Of a DNA stretch of 64,000 bases, positions 1 through 8,966 are shown one piece after another; within the stretch, counting starts at the first letter, position 1, and each line of letters opens with the position of its first letter. The notes below the pieces were generated by a model. It was not told where the DNA came from, made no database searches, and saw nothing but the letters and a program-made list of their open reading frames with translations. This stretch comes from Chloroflexota bacterium (lineage in GTDB: Bacteria; Chloroflexota; Dehalococcoidia; UBA2979). The position numbers and the translations under genes were made by a program. The DNA lies in contig JAQCIU010000012.1 in NCBI GenBank assembly GCA_027593235.1, forward strand, positions 1-64,000. The letters are read 5' to 3'.

Positions 1-1886
1 CCCCTCGCCGCCGCCGCGGCAGCCGCGTCAGCGGCGGCGCGGGTGGTGAGCACCCGCGCGTCCCCCTGGCGGCGCGTGACCCCGCGGGCATCGAGCGTTT
101 CGAGTAAGGCCTGCGCGACTCGCCGGTTCGTCCCGAGGGCGTCACGGGCATCGGCGAGCGAGATCTGCGCGCCGTCCGCCAGCAGCGCGCGGATGATCCG
201 ATCGCCGTCGCTGAAGGCGGCGGCGGCGAGAACGACGTCCGCGCCGCAATCGACGGCGCGACCGGCCGCGACAAGGTGCCCGACCAGCTCCGGCGGCGCC
301 TCCAGCCGGGGCGGCTGGAGCCCACCCGCTGCGAGCGTGCGCTCGATGTCTTCGAGGGCGGCGCGTTGCTGCGGGGTGAGGCGCGGCGTCCAGTCCGCCT
401 CGGCGACGCCGTCGCCACGCGCGATGATCGCGGGTGCGAAGGCGGCGAGGACCGCGCCGAAGGCGCGGGGATCGAGGCGAACGCGGCTGCGCAGTTCCTC
501 GCGGGGCATCGTGAAGCGCAGCGGGAACTCCGCGTGGTGCGCGGCAAGCGCGGCCTCGACCTGGCGGCGGTGGGCGGCGAGGCTGGCGGCGGTGATGTAG
601 AGCGGTGCGCCCTCCGCTGGGTCGCCGAGCGCGACAACAGAGCCGTCGGCGGTCAACTCCTCGAGGGCGGCGCGGAGCGCGGGCGCGTCGAGCTCCACGG
701 CGCGGAGCAGCGCGGCCTCGGCGGCGGGCTGGTTCGCCTCGAGGGCGGCGCGCGTCTTGCTCTCCGGCGTGCCGCTGGCGAGGCCATCGAGGCGGGTCAG
801 CGTCGCGTCGCTGTTGCGGCGGTGCCGCGGCGGATTGGTGGCGACGATGCGGCCGCCGGCGACGGTCTCGTCCGAGACGCGGAGAATCGCGAGATCCCCG
901 GACACGCAGGCGAGCGGTTCGCTGAGGACCACCTGGACCCAGCCCTCTGACGCGGCATCGATCTGATCACCAGCAAGGATGCGGACGCGCCCCTGGGCCT
1001 CGGCGGCGCCGGTGTGGACGGCGACGCGCAGATTGTGTGGCAGCGGCCGATCCGGGAGCACGCGGAGGCGGGCGTCGAAGGCCTGGACGCGCTGCATCCG
1101 GCCCGGGACCGCGAGCACCTGGCCGCGCCGAAGATCCTCGGTGCTGACGCCGGCGAGGTTCACGGCGACGCGGGTGCCCGGCTGTGCCTCCGGTACGTCG
1201 TGTCGATGGGTCTGGAGGCCGCGGATGCGCGCGGTCGGGCCGTCGGGCACGGCCTCGAGGGTGTCGCCGATCGCCATGCGGCCGCCGAGCAGCGTGCCGG
1301 TGACGACGGTTCCGAAGCCCTGCATCGTGAAGACGCGGTCGATCCCGAGCCGCGGCCGACCGATGTCGGCGGGCTCGGGAACCGTGGTCAGCGCCTCATC
1401 GAGGGTGGCGCGCAGTGCCTCGAGCCCTTCGCCGGTCACCGAGGAGACGCGCACGATTGGCGCGCCAGCGATCGAGGTGGTGTCGATCAGCTCGCGCACC
1501 TCCTCCTCGATCAGGTCGGTCCAGTCGGGCTCGGCGATGTCGATCTTGGTGAGGGCGACCACCGCGTGTTTGACCTCGAGGAGATCGAGGATCTCCAGAT
1601 GCTCCGTCGTCTGTGGCATGACGCCCTCGTCAGCCGCGATCACGAGCAGGGCGAGGTCGACCGCGCCGATGCCGGAGAGCATGTGGCGCACGAAGCGGAC
1701 GTGCCCCGGCACGTCGACGATCGACACCTCGCGCCCGCTCGGCAGCGTCAGCCAGGCGAAGCCGAGTTCGATTGTGAGCCCACGTTCCTGCTCCTCGCGG
1801 AGCCGGTCGGGGTTGATGCCGGTGAGCGCCTGGATCAGCGAGGACTTGCCGTGATCGACGTGCCCCGCGGTTCCGATGACATACAT
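1..1886 (-). CDS. selB: Selenocysteine-specific translation elongation factor SelB (3' end runs off the window)
   Basis: Manual translation from ATG 1886 gives MYVIGTAGHVDHGKSSLIQALTGINPDRLREEQERGLTIELGFAW...VDVPGHVRF. Missing from the ORF track, consistent with no stop before position 1. Confidence 0.93.
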   Translation of the reverse strand, partial: MYVIGTAGHVDHGKSSLIQALTGINPDRLREEQERGLTIELGFAWLTLPSGREVSIVDVPGHVRFVRHMLSGIGAVDLALLVIAADEGVMPQTTEHLEILDLLEVKHAVVALTKIDIAEPDWTDLIEEEVRELIDTTSIAGAPIVRVSSVTGEGLEALRATLDEALTTVPEPADIGRPRLGIDRVFTMQGFGTVVTGTLLGGRMAIGDTLEAVPDGPTARIRGLQTHRHDVPEAQPGTRVAVNLAGVSTEDLRRGQVLAVPGRMQRVQAFDARLRVLPDRPLPHNLRVAVHTGAAEAQGRVRILAGDQIDAASEGWVQVVLSEPLACVSGDLAILRVSDETVAGGRIVATNPPRHRRNSDATLTRLDGLASGTPESKTRAALEANQPAAEAALLRAVELDAPALRAALEELTADGSVVALGDPAEGAPLYITAASLAAHRRQVEAALAAHHAEFPLRFTMPREELRSRVRLDPRAFGAVLAAFAPAIIARGDGVAEADWTPRLTPQQRAALEDIERTLAAGGLQPPRLEAPPELVGHLVAAGRAVDCGADVVLAAAAFSDGDRIIRALLADGAQISLADARDALGTNRRVAQALLETLDARGVTRRQGDARVLTTRAAADAAAAAAAR

Positions 1887-1976
1887 CGCGACAGTGTACG
1901 GAGGGTCCGGCTCGCGAACTGTGATCGGTGTGGGTTGGCGCCTCGGGGGCCGCTCCGCTGCGCTATCGTGGCGGAC

Positions 1977-2495
1977 GTGATGAAGGACGAACGCGAACCA
2001 CCTCCGGCCGTCGATGGCGAGCCGATCCCATTCCGCGCGGGCGCCGAGGACTGGCTCGCCTCGTGGCATCCGCCGAGCGCGGTCCCGATCGGCGTCGCGC
2101 ATGGATCAGCCGGCGTGTGCCTGACGGTCGACGGCGAGGTGGTCCTGGTCTCCGAGGATGGCCGGTCCTGGGATCTTCCCGGCGGGCGTCCGGAGGGCGA
2201 AGAGAACTGGCGCGAGACGCTGGACCGCGAGGTCCTGGAGGAGGCATGTGCGCGCGTCCCGTCGGCGACGCTGCTGGTTTTTTCTCGCGGGGAATGTCGC
2301 AGTGGCGAGCGGTCCGGGTTGGTCCTCGTGCGTTCGTTGTGGGCGGCGGAGGTGGAGGTCGACGCCTGGCGGCCGGCGTTCGAGACGCGGCACCGGGAGC
2401 TGCCGGCAGCGGCGAATGCCCTCGATTGGATCGACGTCAGCCGGGCGCCGGCGGCACTGTTTCGGCGGGCGTTCCGAGAGGCGGGACTGCTGTAG
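1977..2495 (+). CDS. NUDIX hydrolase
   Basis: Nudix box GGRPEGEENWRETLDREVLEEA. Start is GTG 1977 or ATG 1980; TATCGT lies 7 nt upstream of the GTG. Confidence 0.8.
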   Translation: MMKDEREPPPAVDGEPIPFRAGAEDWLASWHPPSAVPIGVAHGSAGVCLTVDGEVVLVSEDGRSWDLPGGRPEGEENWRETLDREVLEEACARVPSATLLVFSRGECRSGERSGLVLVRSLWAAEVEVDAWRPAFETRHRELPAAANALDWIDVSRAPAALFRRAFREAGLL

Positions 2496-2600
2496 GACGG
2501 CCGTGGCGCGGGCGGTCGAGGCGACGCGAGCGCGTCGGCAGATCTGGGCCTAGACTCACGCGATGTCCTCGAATCTGACGCACCCCTCGGGTGGCTGGCG

Positions 2601-4133
2601 TTGAGCATCGACAGCGCGTCTCCGGCACCTCCGCACGAGCCACCGTCCGGCATGCCGGGTGGCGGGTCCTACAAGTGGTGGGCGTTCACTGCGATCGGCA
2701 TCTCGTTCTTCACCCAGGTGATGAGCATGTCGATGGTGTTCGTCGCGCTGTCCTCGATCGCCGACGAATTCGGGATCACGCTGCGCGCGGTGACGTGGGT
2801 GGTGGTGGTCCAGGTGCTGACGATCAGCGCGCTGATGATGCCAATGGGTCGCCTCGCGGACATGATCGGGCGCCGAAAGGTGCACCTCGGTGGCCTGCTG
2901 ATGTTCGGCGGCGGCGCGGTGCTGGTGGCGCTGGCGCCCACGTTTGAGCTGATGATCGCGGCGCAGGTGGTGATGGCGATCGGGAACGCCGCCGGCCAGT
3001 CCGTCGGCACCGCGATGGTGATCTCCGTGTTCCCGGCCAGCGAGCGCGGCAACGCGATCGGCAGCCAGACGACAGCGGTAGCGGTCGGCGGGGCATCGGG
3101 GCCGATCGTGGCCGGGCTGGTCCTGCAGTTCCTGCCGTGGCAGGCGCTGTTCTGGATGATTACCGTGCCAATCGTCGTGGCGTTCATCGCCGGCTACTTG
3201 ATCCTCGACGACGCGCGGATGAACCAGTTCGAGTCGGCCGATCGTCCGCCGTTCGACTGGGGCGGGGCGCTGCTGTCCTCGGTGGCGATCGTGCTGCTGG
3301 TGATCACGATCAACAACCCGCTCGTCCTGCCGTGGCTGTCGCCGGCAATGCTGGGCAGCGCGGCGGCGGTGGTGATGCTGCTGGCGCTGTTCGCGCGCTG
3401 GGAGTTCCGCAATCCCTCGCCGATGCTGCAACTGCGGATGTTCCGCAACGGCGTGTTCAGCATGGCGGTCGCGGCTCGCTACTTCGGGTTCATGGGCGCG
3501 ACAGCCACGCGGTTCCTGGCACCGATCTATCTGATCAGCCTGCGCGGCCTCGGCGAAGGAGCCGCCGGCGGGGTGTTGTTCCTGATTTCCCTGGGCATGG
3601 CGATCGCGGCACAGGGGTCGGGACGGATGTCCGATCGCTTCGGCTCACGGCCGTTCGCGGTCTTCGGGTTCGCGGTGCTGCTGGTGACGGCGATCTCGAT
3701 GGTGTTCGTCACGGGGACCACGGCGATGTGGATCGTGATGCTGATCCTGTTCGTGAACGGGCTCGGGATGGGCCTGTGGAATGTGCCCAACAACGCCGTG
3801 ATCATGGGCTCCGTGCCGTCGTCGAGCTTCGGGGTCGTGGGTGCACTCACGAACCTGGTGCGGAACGTCGGGAACGTGACCGGGCAGGCGCTGGCCTCGA
3901 CGGTGGTGGTGGCGGTGATGGTCTCGGCCGGGTTCGATATCCCGCTGAGCGAGATCAGATCGACAGCCGGCGCGGGCGACGCGTTCGTCGACGGTTGGCG
4001 CGTGGCCTATCTCCTCGTGAGTGGCTTTGCCGCGATCAGCCTCGTGCTGGCGGCGTTCACGAAGCCGGCCTTCGAGCGCCGCAGCACGCCGATCGTCGAA
4101 CCGGTGCGGGAGCCTGTCAGCGTACGTCCGTAG
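2601..4133 (+). CDS. MFS drug:H+ antiporter, DHA2/EmrB-like
   Basis: About 14 hydrophobic segments, motif A GRLADMIGRRKV, second-half GRMSDRFGSRP, FDWGG motif. Confidence 0.88.
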   Translation: MSIDSASPAPPHEPPSGMPGGGSYKWWAFTAIGISFFTQVMSMSMVFVALSSIADEFGITLRAVTWVVVVQVLTISALMMPMGRLADMIGRRKVHLGGLLMFGGGAVLVALAPTFELMIAAQVVMAIGNAAGQSVGTAMVISVFPASERGNAIGSQTTAVAVGGASGPIVAGLVLQFLPWQALFWMITVPIVVAFIAGYLILDDARMNQFESADRPPFDWGGALLSSVAIVLLVITINNPLVLPWLSPAMLGSAAAVVMLLALFARWEFRNPSPMLQLRMFRNGVFSMAVAARYFGFMGATATRFLAPIYLISLRGLGEGAAGGVLFLISLGMAIAAQGSGRMSDRFGSRPFAVFGFAVLLVTAISMVFVTGTTAMWIVMLILFVNGLGMGLWNVPNNAVIMGSVPSSSFGVVGALTNLVRNVGNVTGQALASTVVVAVMVSAGFDIPLSEIRSTAGAGDAFVDGWRVAYLLVSGFAAISLVLAAFTKPAFERRSTPIVEPVREPVSVRP

Positions 4134-4228
4134 CCTGCTGGCGAAACCGAGGTGACGGCGGGACGGCATCTCGCCGAGTTGGTTGTTGTCGCCTCGGGAG
4201 CCGGAATCGCGGCCGCGGTGCCGCGGTG

Positions 4229-4274
4229 CCGCCGTCACGACCGGCCTCGGGAAAAGCCGATCGTGACGGGGCGG
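4229..4274. terminator. Long GC-rich hairpin between convergent MFS and SDR genes (possible bidirectional terminator)
   Basis: CCGTCACGA (4232-4240) pairs with TCGTGACGG (4261-4269), with an inner CGGC/GCCG stem. No U-tract. Confidence 0.4.
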
Positions 4275-4280
4275 TGGGAG

Positions 4281-5204
4281 CTAGCTCTGCTCCGCGGGCG
4301 GGCCGAACTCGTTGGTGAGCAACGGACCGAGGGTGCGCGGGAATGCCGTGAACATCTCGTCGGTGGTCCAGATCGCACCGGTGGAGAAGGCGCGGGCCTC
4401 GACGGTTGGGATGGTGTAGAGGCCGACCTCCCCACCGCGAATCATGAAGTCGCGGCCGTTCACGTTCGCCGCCTCGTCCGAGGCGAGGTAGGTGATCAGC
4501 GCACCGATCGCGTTCGGGTCGAGGGCAGCGAGGCCGCCTCCGGCACGGGTCTCACCGCGCGCCTCGGCGGCCTTCGCGGCGGCTTCCATCTCCGGTGAGA
4601 GGGTGAGGCGAGTCGCGGCGGTCGGCCGGATGGCGTTGCAGGTGATGCCGTAGCGCCCGAGGTCGCGCGCGACGGTACGGGTGATACCGACGATGCCTTC
4701 CTTGGCCGCGGAGTAGTTCGCCTGGCCAGCGTTGCCGAGGCCGGAGCTGGAACTGGTGTTGATGATGCGACCGGAACGCTGCTGCCGCATGACGACCGAG
4801 GCGTGCTTGATCGTGTTGAACGTCCCCGTCATGTGGACGGCGACGACGATGTCCCACTCCTCCTTGGTCATGTTGAAGACCATGCGGTCGCGGAGGATTC
4901 CGGCGTTGTTGACGAGGATATCGAGGCCGCCGAGCTCGTCGAGGGCCTGCTTGATCATCAGGCCGCAGGCGTCGAAGTCGGAGACGTCCGCGTAGTTGGC
5001 GGCGGCGCGGCCGCCGTTCTTCACGATCTCGTCGACGACGTCCTGGGCCGGGGTCTGGTCGCCACCTTCACCAGCGACGCTGCCGCCGAGGTCGTTGACC
5101 AGGACGGCGGCGCCCTCGGCAGCCAGCGCGAGTGCCTCGCCGCGCCCGATGCCGCGACCGGCGCCGGTCACGATCGCGACTTTGCCTTTGAGTCGATCTG
5201 CCAT
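4281..5204 (-). CDS. Short-chain dehydrogenase/reductase (3-oxoacyl/hydroxyacyl-CoA type)
   Basis: MADRLKGKVAIVTGAGRGIG, NDLG, NNAGILRD, YSAAK. ATG 5204 has an AGGGGG RBS-like sequence upstream. Confidence 0.92.
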   Translation of the reverse strand: MADRLKGKVAIVTGAGRGIGRGEALALAAEGAAVLVNDLGGSVAGEGGDQTPAQDVVDEIVKNGGRAAANYADVSDFDACGLMIKQALDELGGLDILVNNAGILRDRMVFNMTKEEWDIVVAVHMTGTFNTIKHASVVMRQQRSGRIINTSSSSGLGNAGQANYSAAKEGIVGITRTVARDLGRYGITCNAIRPTAATRLTLSPEMEAAAKAAEARGETRAGGGLAALDPNAIGALITYLASDEAANVNGRDFMIRGGEVGLYTIPTVEARAFSTGAIWTTDEMFTAFPRTLGPLLTNEFGPPAEQS

Positions 5205-5355
5205 GTCATTCCCCCTCGCGCGGCACCTCGCCGGCGTTTCTACTGTCGTTTGATTCGTGGCCGGAATCGTACCAGCGCCGGAGGTAGGCGGCAGGTGCGG
5301 AACGTCACCGGCGGGTGGGATTTCCGAGGGCGCGTGCGACCTCGGGAGCGCGCCT

Positions 5356-5634
5356 CTAGTCGAGGACGCGCATCGAGGCCCAGTTGGTGCGGGCGCAGGC
5401 GGGGCAGCGCTCGGGGAGTTCGTCGCGGGGTACGGGCTGGCGGGTGCCGGAGACGCCGACCCAGATGTCGTCGCGAAGGCGCGAGGTGAAGTCGGCACGA
5501 CCGGTCGGACCGGGCTGCGCTGGCTCGAACTCTTCCTTCATGCGGCGTGCGATCTCGGACTCGGACATCGGGGCCTCGCGACGGACGAGGACTTCGCGGC
5601 CGCAGTGGGTGCAGCGGAAGACCTCGATCGCCAT
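5356..5634 (-). CDS. Small hypothetical protein with two CxxC motifs (putative Zn-binding)
   Basis: CTHC near the N-terminus and CPAC near the C-terminus. ATG 5634 lies 4 nt after the hemW stop. Confidence 0.65.
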   Translation of the reverse strand: MAIEVFRCTHCGREVLVRREAPMSESEIARRMKEEFEPAQPGPTGRADFTSRLRDDIWVGVSGTRQPVPRDELPERCPACARTNWASMRVLD

Positions 5635-5638
5635 CGCC

Positions 5639-6910
5639 CTAGTCGCCAGACATTCGAGGAGGTACGTCACTGGAGCTGTCGTCCGGCGGGTCAGGTAGGA
5701 GGTCGATCAAGACCTCGTTGGAGAGCAGCAGCCCGCGCTCGGTCAGCCGCACGCGGCCGTCGCGTCGTTCGATCAGCCCGAGGGCGGAGTGCCGGACGAG
5801 GGCAGGGCCGAACTCGGCGTCGAGCGTGACGCCGTAGCGCGCCGCGAAGGCGGCCTCGTCGATGCCCTCGAGGAGTCGCAGACCGAGGATGGCGGTGTCG
5901 GCGCGGTTGGTCGCCTCGTCGGGCGTCTCGCCGCCGGCGATCTGCTGCATCGTGCCGCGGCCGTGTTCGGCGCGCTGCTCGACGCTAGCGGTGATCGCGT
6001 CGACATAACGGTTCGGCGCGTCGACGTTCGCGAAGCGCTGCCCGACGAAGAAGGAGTGCGCTCCGGCGCCCATGCCGAGGTACGGCTCGGCGCGCCAGTA
6101 GATCAGGTTGTGCTCACAGCGCCGGCCCGGCTTCGCCCAGTTCGAGATCTCGTAGTGCTCGTAGCCGGCAGTCGCGAGGCGTTCGCGCGTCCACTCGTAC
6201 TGCGAGGCAGCGATGTCGGGGTCGGGCTCCGGGAGGATGCCCTTCTGCACGCGGTAGTAGAGGGCCGTCTCGGGCTCGACGGTCAGCGCGTAGCAGGAGA
6301 GGTGCTCCGGCTCGAGCGCCAGCACCTGCTCCAGCGTGTCGCGCCAGCGCTCCTCGGTGTGGTTGATGAGGCCAAAGATCAGGTCGAGGTTGAGGTTGTC
6401 GAAGCCGGCGGCGCGGGCGGCGCTGACCGCCTCGATCACCCGCTCCGGCGTGTGCTGCCGTTCGAGCAGCTCCAGCTCGTCGGGCTGCATCGACTGCACA
6501 CCCATCGAGAGCCGGTTGATGCCGAGGGCGCGCATGCCCGCAAGGTGCTCCGCCGTCAGCTCCGTCGGGTTCGCCTCCAGCGTCCACTCCGCCTCGGGAT
6601 CGACCGCGAAGCGGTCGCGCACGGCGGTGATGATCGACTCGAGGTCCGCGAGCGAGGTGAGCGAGGGCGTGCCGCCGCCGAAGAAGACCGAGCTGACGCG
6701 GTGCTCTTTCGCGGCCGGCGCCCACAGGTCGATCTCGTGGACCAGCGCCGGCGTGTAGGCGGGCACGAGGTGGTCCAGGTGCTCGTAGGAGTTGAAGTCG
6801 CAGTAGCCGCACTTCGCCGAGCAGAAGGGGATGTGCAGGTAGAGCGCGAGGCTCGGCGAGGAGCCCTCGGAGGTCGCGCCCGGCGCGGTCGCTTGAGAGG
6901 CGGTCGTCAT
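5639..6910 (-). CDS. hemW: Radical SAM heme chaperone HemW (HemN-like)
   Basis: LYLHIPFCSAKCGYCDFN (CxxxCxxC), FFGGGTPS, YEISNWA, HNLIYW. Confidence 0.92.
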   Translation of the reverse strand: MTTASQATAPGATSEGSSPSLALYLHIPFCSAKCGYCDFNSYEHLDHLVPAYTPALVHEIDLWAPAAKEHRVSSVFFGGGTPSLTSLADLESIITAVRDRFAVDPEAEWTLEANPTELTAEHLAGMRALGINRLSMGVQSMQPDELELLERQHTPERVIEAVSAARAAGFDNLNLDLIFGLINHTEERWRDTLEQVLALEPEHLSCYALTVEPETALYYRVQKGILPEPDPDIAASQYEWTRERLATAGYEHYEISNWAKPGRRCEHNLIYWRAEPYLGMGAGAHSFFVGQRFANVDAPNRYVDAITASVEQRAEHGRGTMQQIAGGETPDEATNRADTAILGLRLLEGIDEAAFAARYGVTLDAEFGPALVRHSALGLIERRDGRVRLTERGLLLSNEVLIDLLPDPPDDSSSDVPPRMSGD

Positions 6911-6998
6911 TGGCTCAGGCTACCAGCCGAGGGGCCGTATCGGCCTCGTGCGGTGGCCATCCTCGTAGGATGGCGGCAGAGCGAAGGAGTGTGGATCG

Positions 6999-7400
6999 AT
7001 GGCACTGACAGCGGAGCAGGACGCGTACCTGCGCGAGCACACGCTCGCGGTCCTCGGAACCGGGCGCGGCGATGGGTCGCCGCAGCTCTCAATGATTATC
7101 TACGACTACGACGGCACCGATGCCGTGATCTCGGTAACGAGCGACCGCGCCAAGTGGAAGAACGCGATGCGGCAGCCGAACGTGGCGCTGCTCGTGCCTG
7201 ACGGCCGCCGCCAGCTCATCGTCTACGGCACCGTCGAGGGCATCGCCGACACCGAGGCGCGCAACGCCGGCACGAGGCGGATCCGCGCGCGCATGGGCCG
7301 CGAGGTGACCGTCACCGACGCTGAGCTGACCACCGAACTCGATGGCGCGAACCGGGTGATCCTCAGGCTGACGCCCGACCGCGCGTTCATGAACGACTGA
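6999..7400 (+). CDS. PPOX-class (probably F420-dependent) oxidoreductase
   Basis: AVLGTGRGDGSPQLS...RAKWKNAMRQPNVAL pattern; AAGGAG RBS. Confidence 0.82.
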   Translation: MALTAEQDAYLREHTLAVLGTGRGDGSPQLSMIIYDYDGTDAVISVTSDRAKWKNAMRQPNVALLVPDGRRQLIVYGTVEGIADTEARNAGTRRIRARMGREVTVTDAELTTELDGANRVILRLTPDRAFMND

Positions 7401-7438
7401 CCGCCAGGGCAGCGGTCCGGCCAAGACGGGAGCGAGCG

Positions 7439-7909
7439 ATGAAGAGCGACGCGACGACGGTCAAGGAGTACCTCGACTCGCTACCGGAAGACCGACGCAA
7501 GGCGATCTCTGCCGTCCGGCGGGAGATCCGCAAGCGCCTGCCGAGGGGCTACGTCGAGCGCATGCAATACGGAATGATCGGCTACTCGGTCCCGCTGCGT
7601 CGCTACCCGGAGACCTACAACGGGCACCCGCTCAACCTCGCGGCGCTCGCCTCGCAGAAGAACTATATGTCGGTCTACCTGACCAACGTCTACAGCGACC
7701 CGGAGCTGCAGAACTGGTTCGAAGAGGAGTACCGCGCCACCGGAAAGCGGCTGGACATGGGCAAGTCCTGCGTCCGCTTCAGGCGTCTCGACGACCTCCC
7801 GGTCGAGCTGATCGGCGAAGCGGTCTCAAAGACCCCGGTCGACGATTTCATCGCCCGGTACGAGGAAGTACGGGCCTCGTCATCCGGACGCCGCCGGGCG
7901 AAGCAGTAG
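7439..7909 (+). CDS. DUF1801-like protein
   Basis: TVKEYLDSLPEDRR...YGMIGY...LASQKNYMSVY...DMGKSCVRF. Confidence 0.8.
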   Translation: MKSDATTVKEYLDSLPEDRRKAISAVRREIRKRLPRGYVERMQYGMIGYSVPLRRYPETYNGHPLNLAALASQKNYMSVYLTNVYSDPELQNWFEEEYRATGKRLDMGKSCVRFRRLDDLPVELIGEAVSKTPVDDFIARYEEVRASSSGRRRAKQ

Positions 7910-7943
7910 CTCCCGTGCGTGATCTCGGCCGCGATGTGACCTC

Positions 7944-8966
7944 GTGAGGTTCGGGCTCTTCGGCGGACCGTCGCGCGGCGCCGCCCCGGACGGCCTCGGC
8001 GGATCCGCCGGCAGCGAGGACGCCGCCGCCTACCGCGCCTACGTCGAGATGGTCGAAGAGGCGGAGCAACTCGGCTTCTTCGGCGTCTATCTCGTGGAGC
8101 ATCACTTCACCGGGCGCGGCCAGATCTCCTCGTCGCTGACGATGCTCGCGCACCTCGCGGCGCGCACGACCTCAATGCGGCTGGGGACAGCGGTGGTGGT
8201 CGTGCCGTGGCACAACCCGCTGCTGCTCGCCGAGCAGGCGGCGACGATCGACGTGCTCTCGGGCGGTCGCCTCGACCTCGGTCTCGGGCGCGGCTACCGC
8301 GACTATGAGTTCAGCGGCTTCGGCGTCGCCCCCGAGGAAGCCGCCACCCGCTTCGACGAGGCGATCGAGGTGCTGCGACTGGCCTGGGGCAGCGACGGCC
8401 GCTTCTCATATCACGGCGCCCACTGGAACTTCGAGGACGTCGTCGTCGAGCCGCGCACGGTCCAGCAGCCACACCCGCCGCTCTGGATCGGCGCCGGCAG
8501 CATGCCCTCGATCGAGCGCGCCGCCCGCGAGGGCTTCCGCCTCTTCCTCGACCAGGTCGGTTCGTTCGAGCTCACCGCCGAGCGCGTCGCCAGCTACCGC
8601 GCCGCCCGCGAAGCCGCGGGCCTCAGCTACGCGCCCTCGGACGTCGCCGTCACGCGCGCACTACGCATCGCGCACACCTCGGACGACCGCGAACAGCAGG
8701 TGCAGCGCCAGATGGCCACGCTCACCACGCTCGCCGAATCCTCGACCGCGACGAGCGCGGACGGTCGCCCCGCCAACCCGTTCCACTCGCCCTCGGAAGC
8801 CCGTCGCGAAACCGCCGAGGCGAGCGCGATCCTCGGCACGCCCGACGAGTGCATCGAGCGGCTGCGCACCCTCGAGGCAGGCGGCGTGGAGCAGGTGCTG
8901 TTCACCGCCGCGACGGTTGAGGACCTGCGCTTCTTCGCCGCCGAGGTGATGCCGGCGTTCAGGTAG
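7944..8966 (+). CDS. LLM-class flavin-dependent oxidoreductase (luciferase-like)
   Basis: VEHHF, LAARTTSMRLGTAV, HNPLLLAEQAATIDVLSGGRLDLGLGRGY, QQPHPPLW. Confidence 0.93.
   Translation: MRFGLFGGPSRGAAPDGLGGSAGSEDAAAYRAYVEMVEEAEQLGFFGVYLVEHHFTGRGQISSSLTMLAHLAARTTSMRLGTAVVVVPWHNPLLLAEQAATIDVLSGGRLDLGLGRGYRDYEFSGFGVAPEEAATRFDEAIEVLRLAWGSDGRFSYHGAHWNFEDVVVEPRTVQQPHPPLWIGAGSMPSIERAAREGFRLFLDQVGSFELTAERVASYRAAREAAGLSYAPSDVAVTRALRIAHTSDDREQQVQRQMATLTTLAESSTATSADGRPANPFHSPSEARRETAEASAILGTPDECIERLRTLEAGGVEQVLFTAATVEDLRFFAAEVMPAFR
8904..8966 (+). repeat. Direct repeat copy 1 (last 21 codons of the LLM gene, including the stop)
   Basis: 54/63 nt identical to 10403-10465 by manual alignment. Confidence 0.85.

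Noticed and set aside
43-1976. Long plus-strand ORFs (43-600, 276-950, 979-1854 and the 5' part of 1014-2495)
   Set aside because: Antisense shadows of selB. Long shadow ORFs are expected at this GC content; the same applies to most overlapping ORFs in the track.
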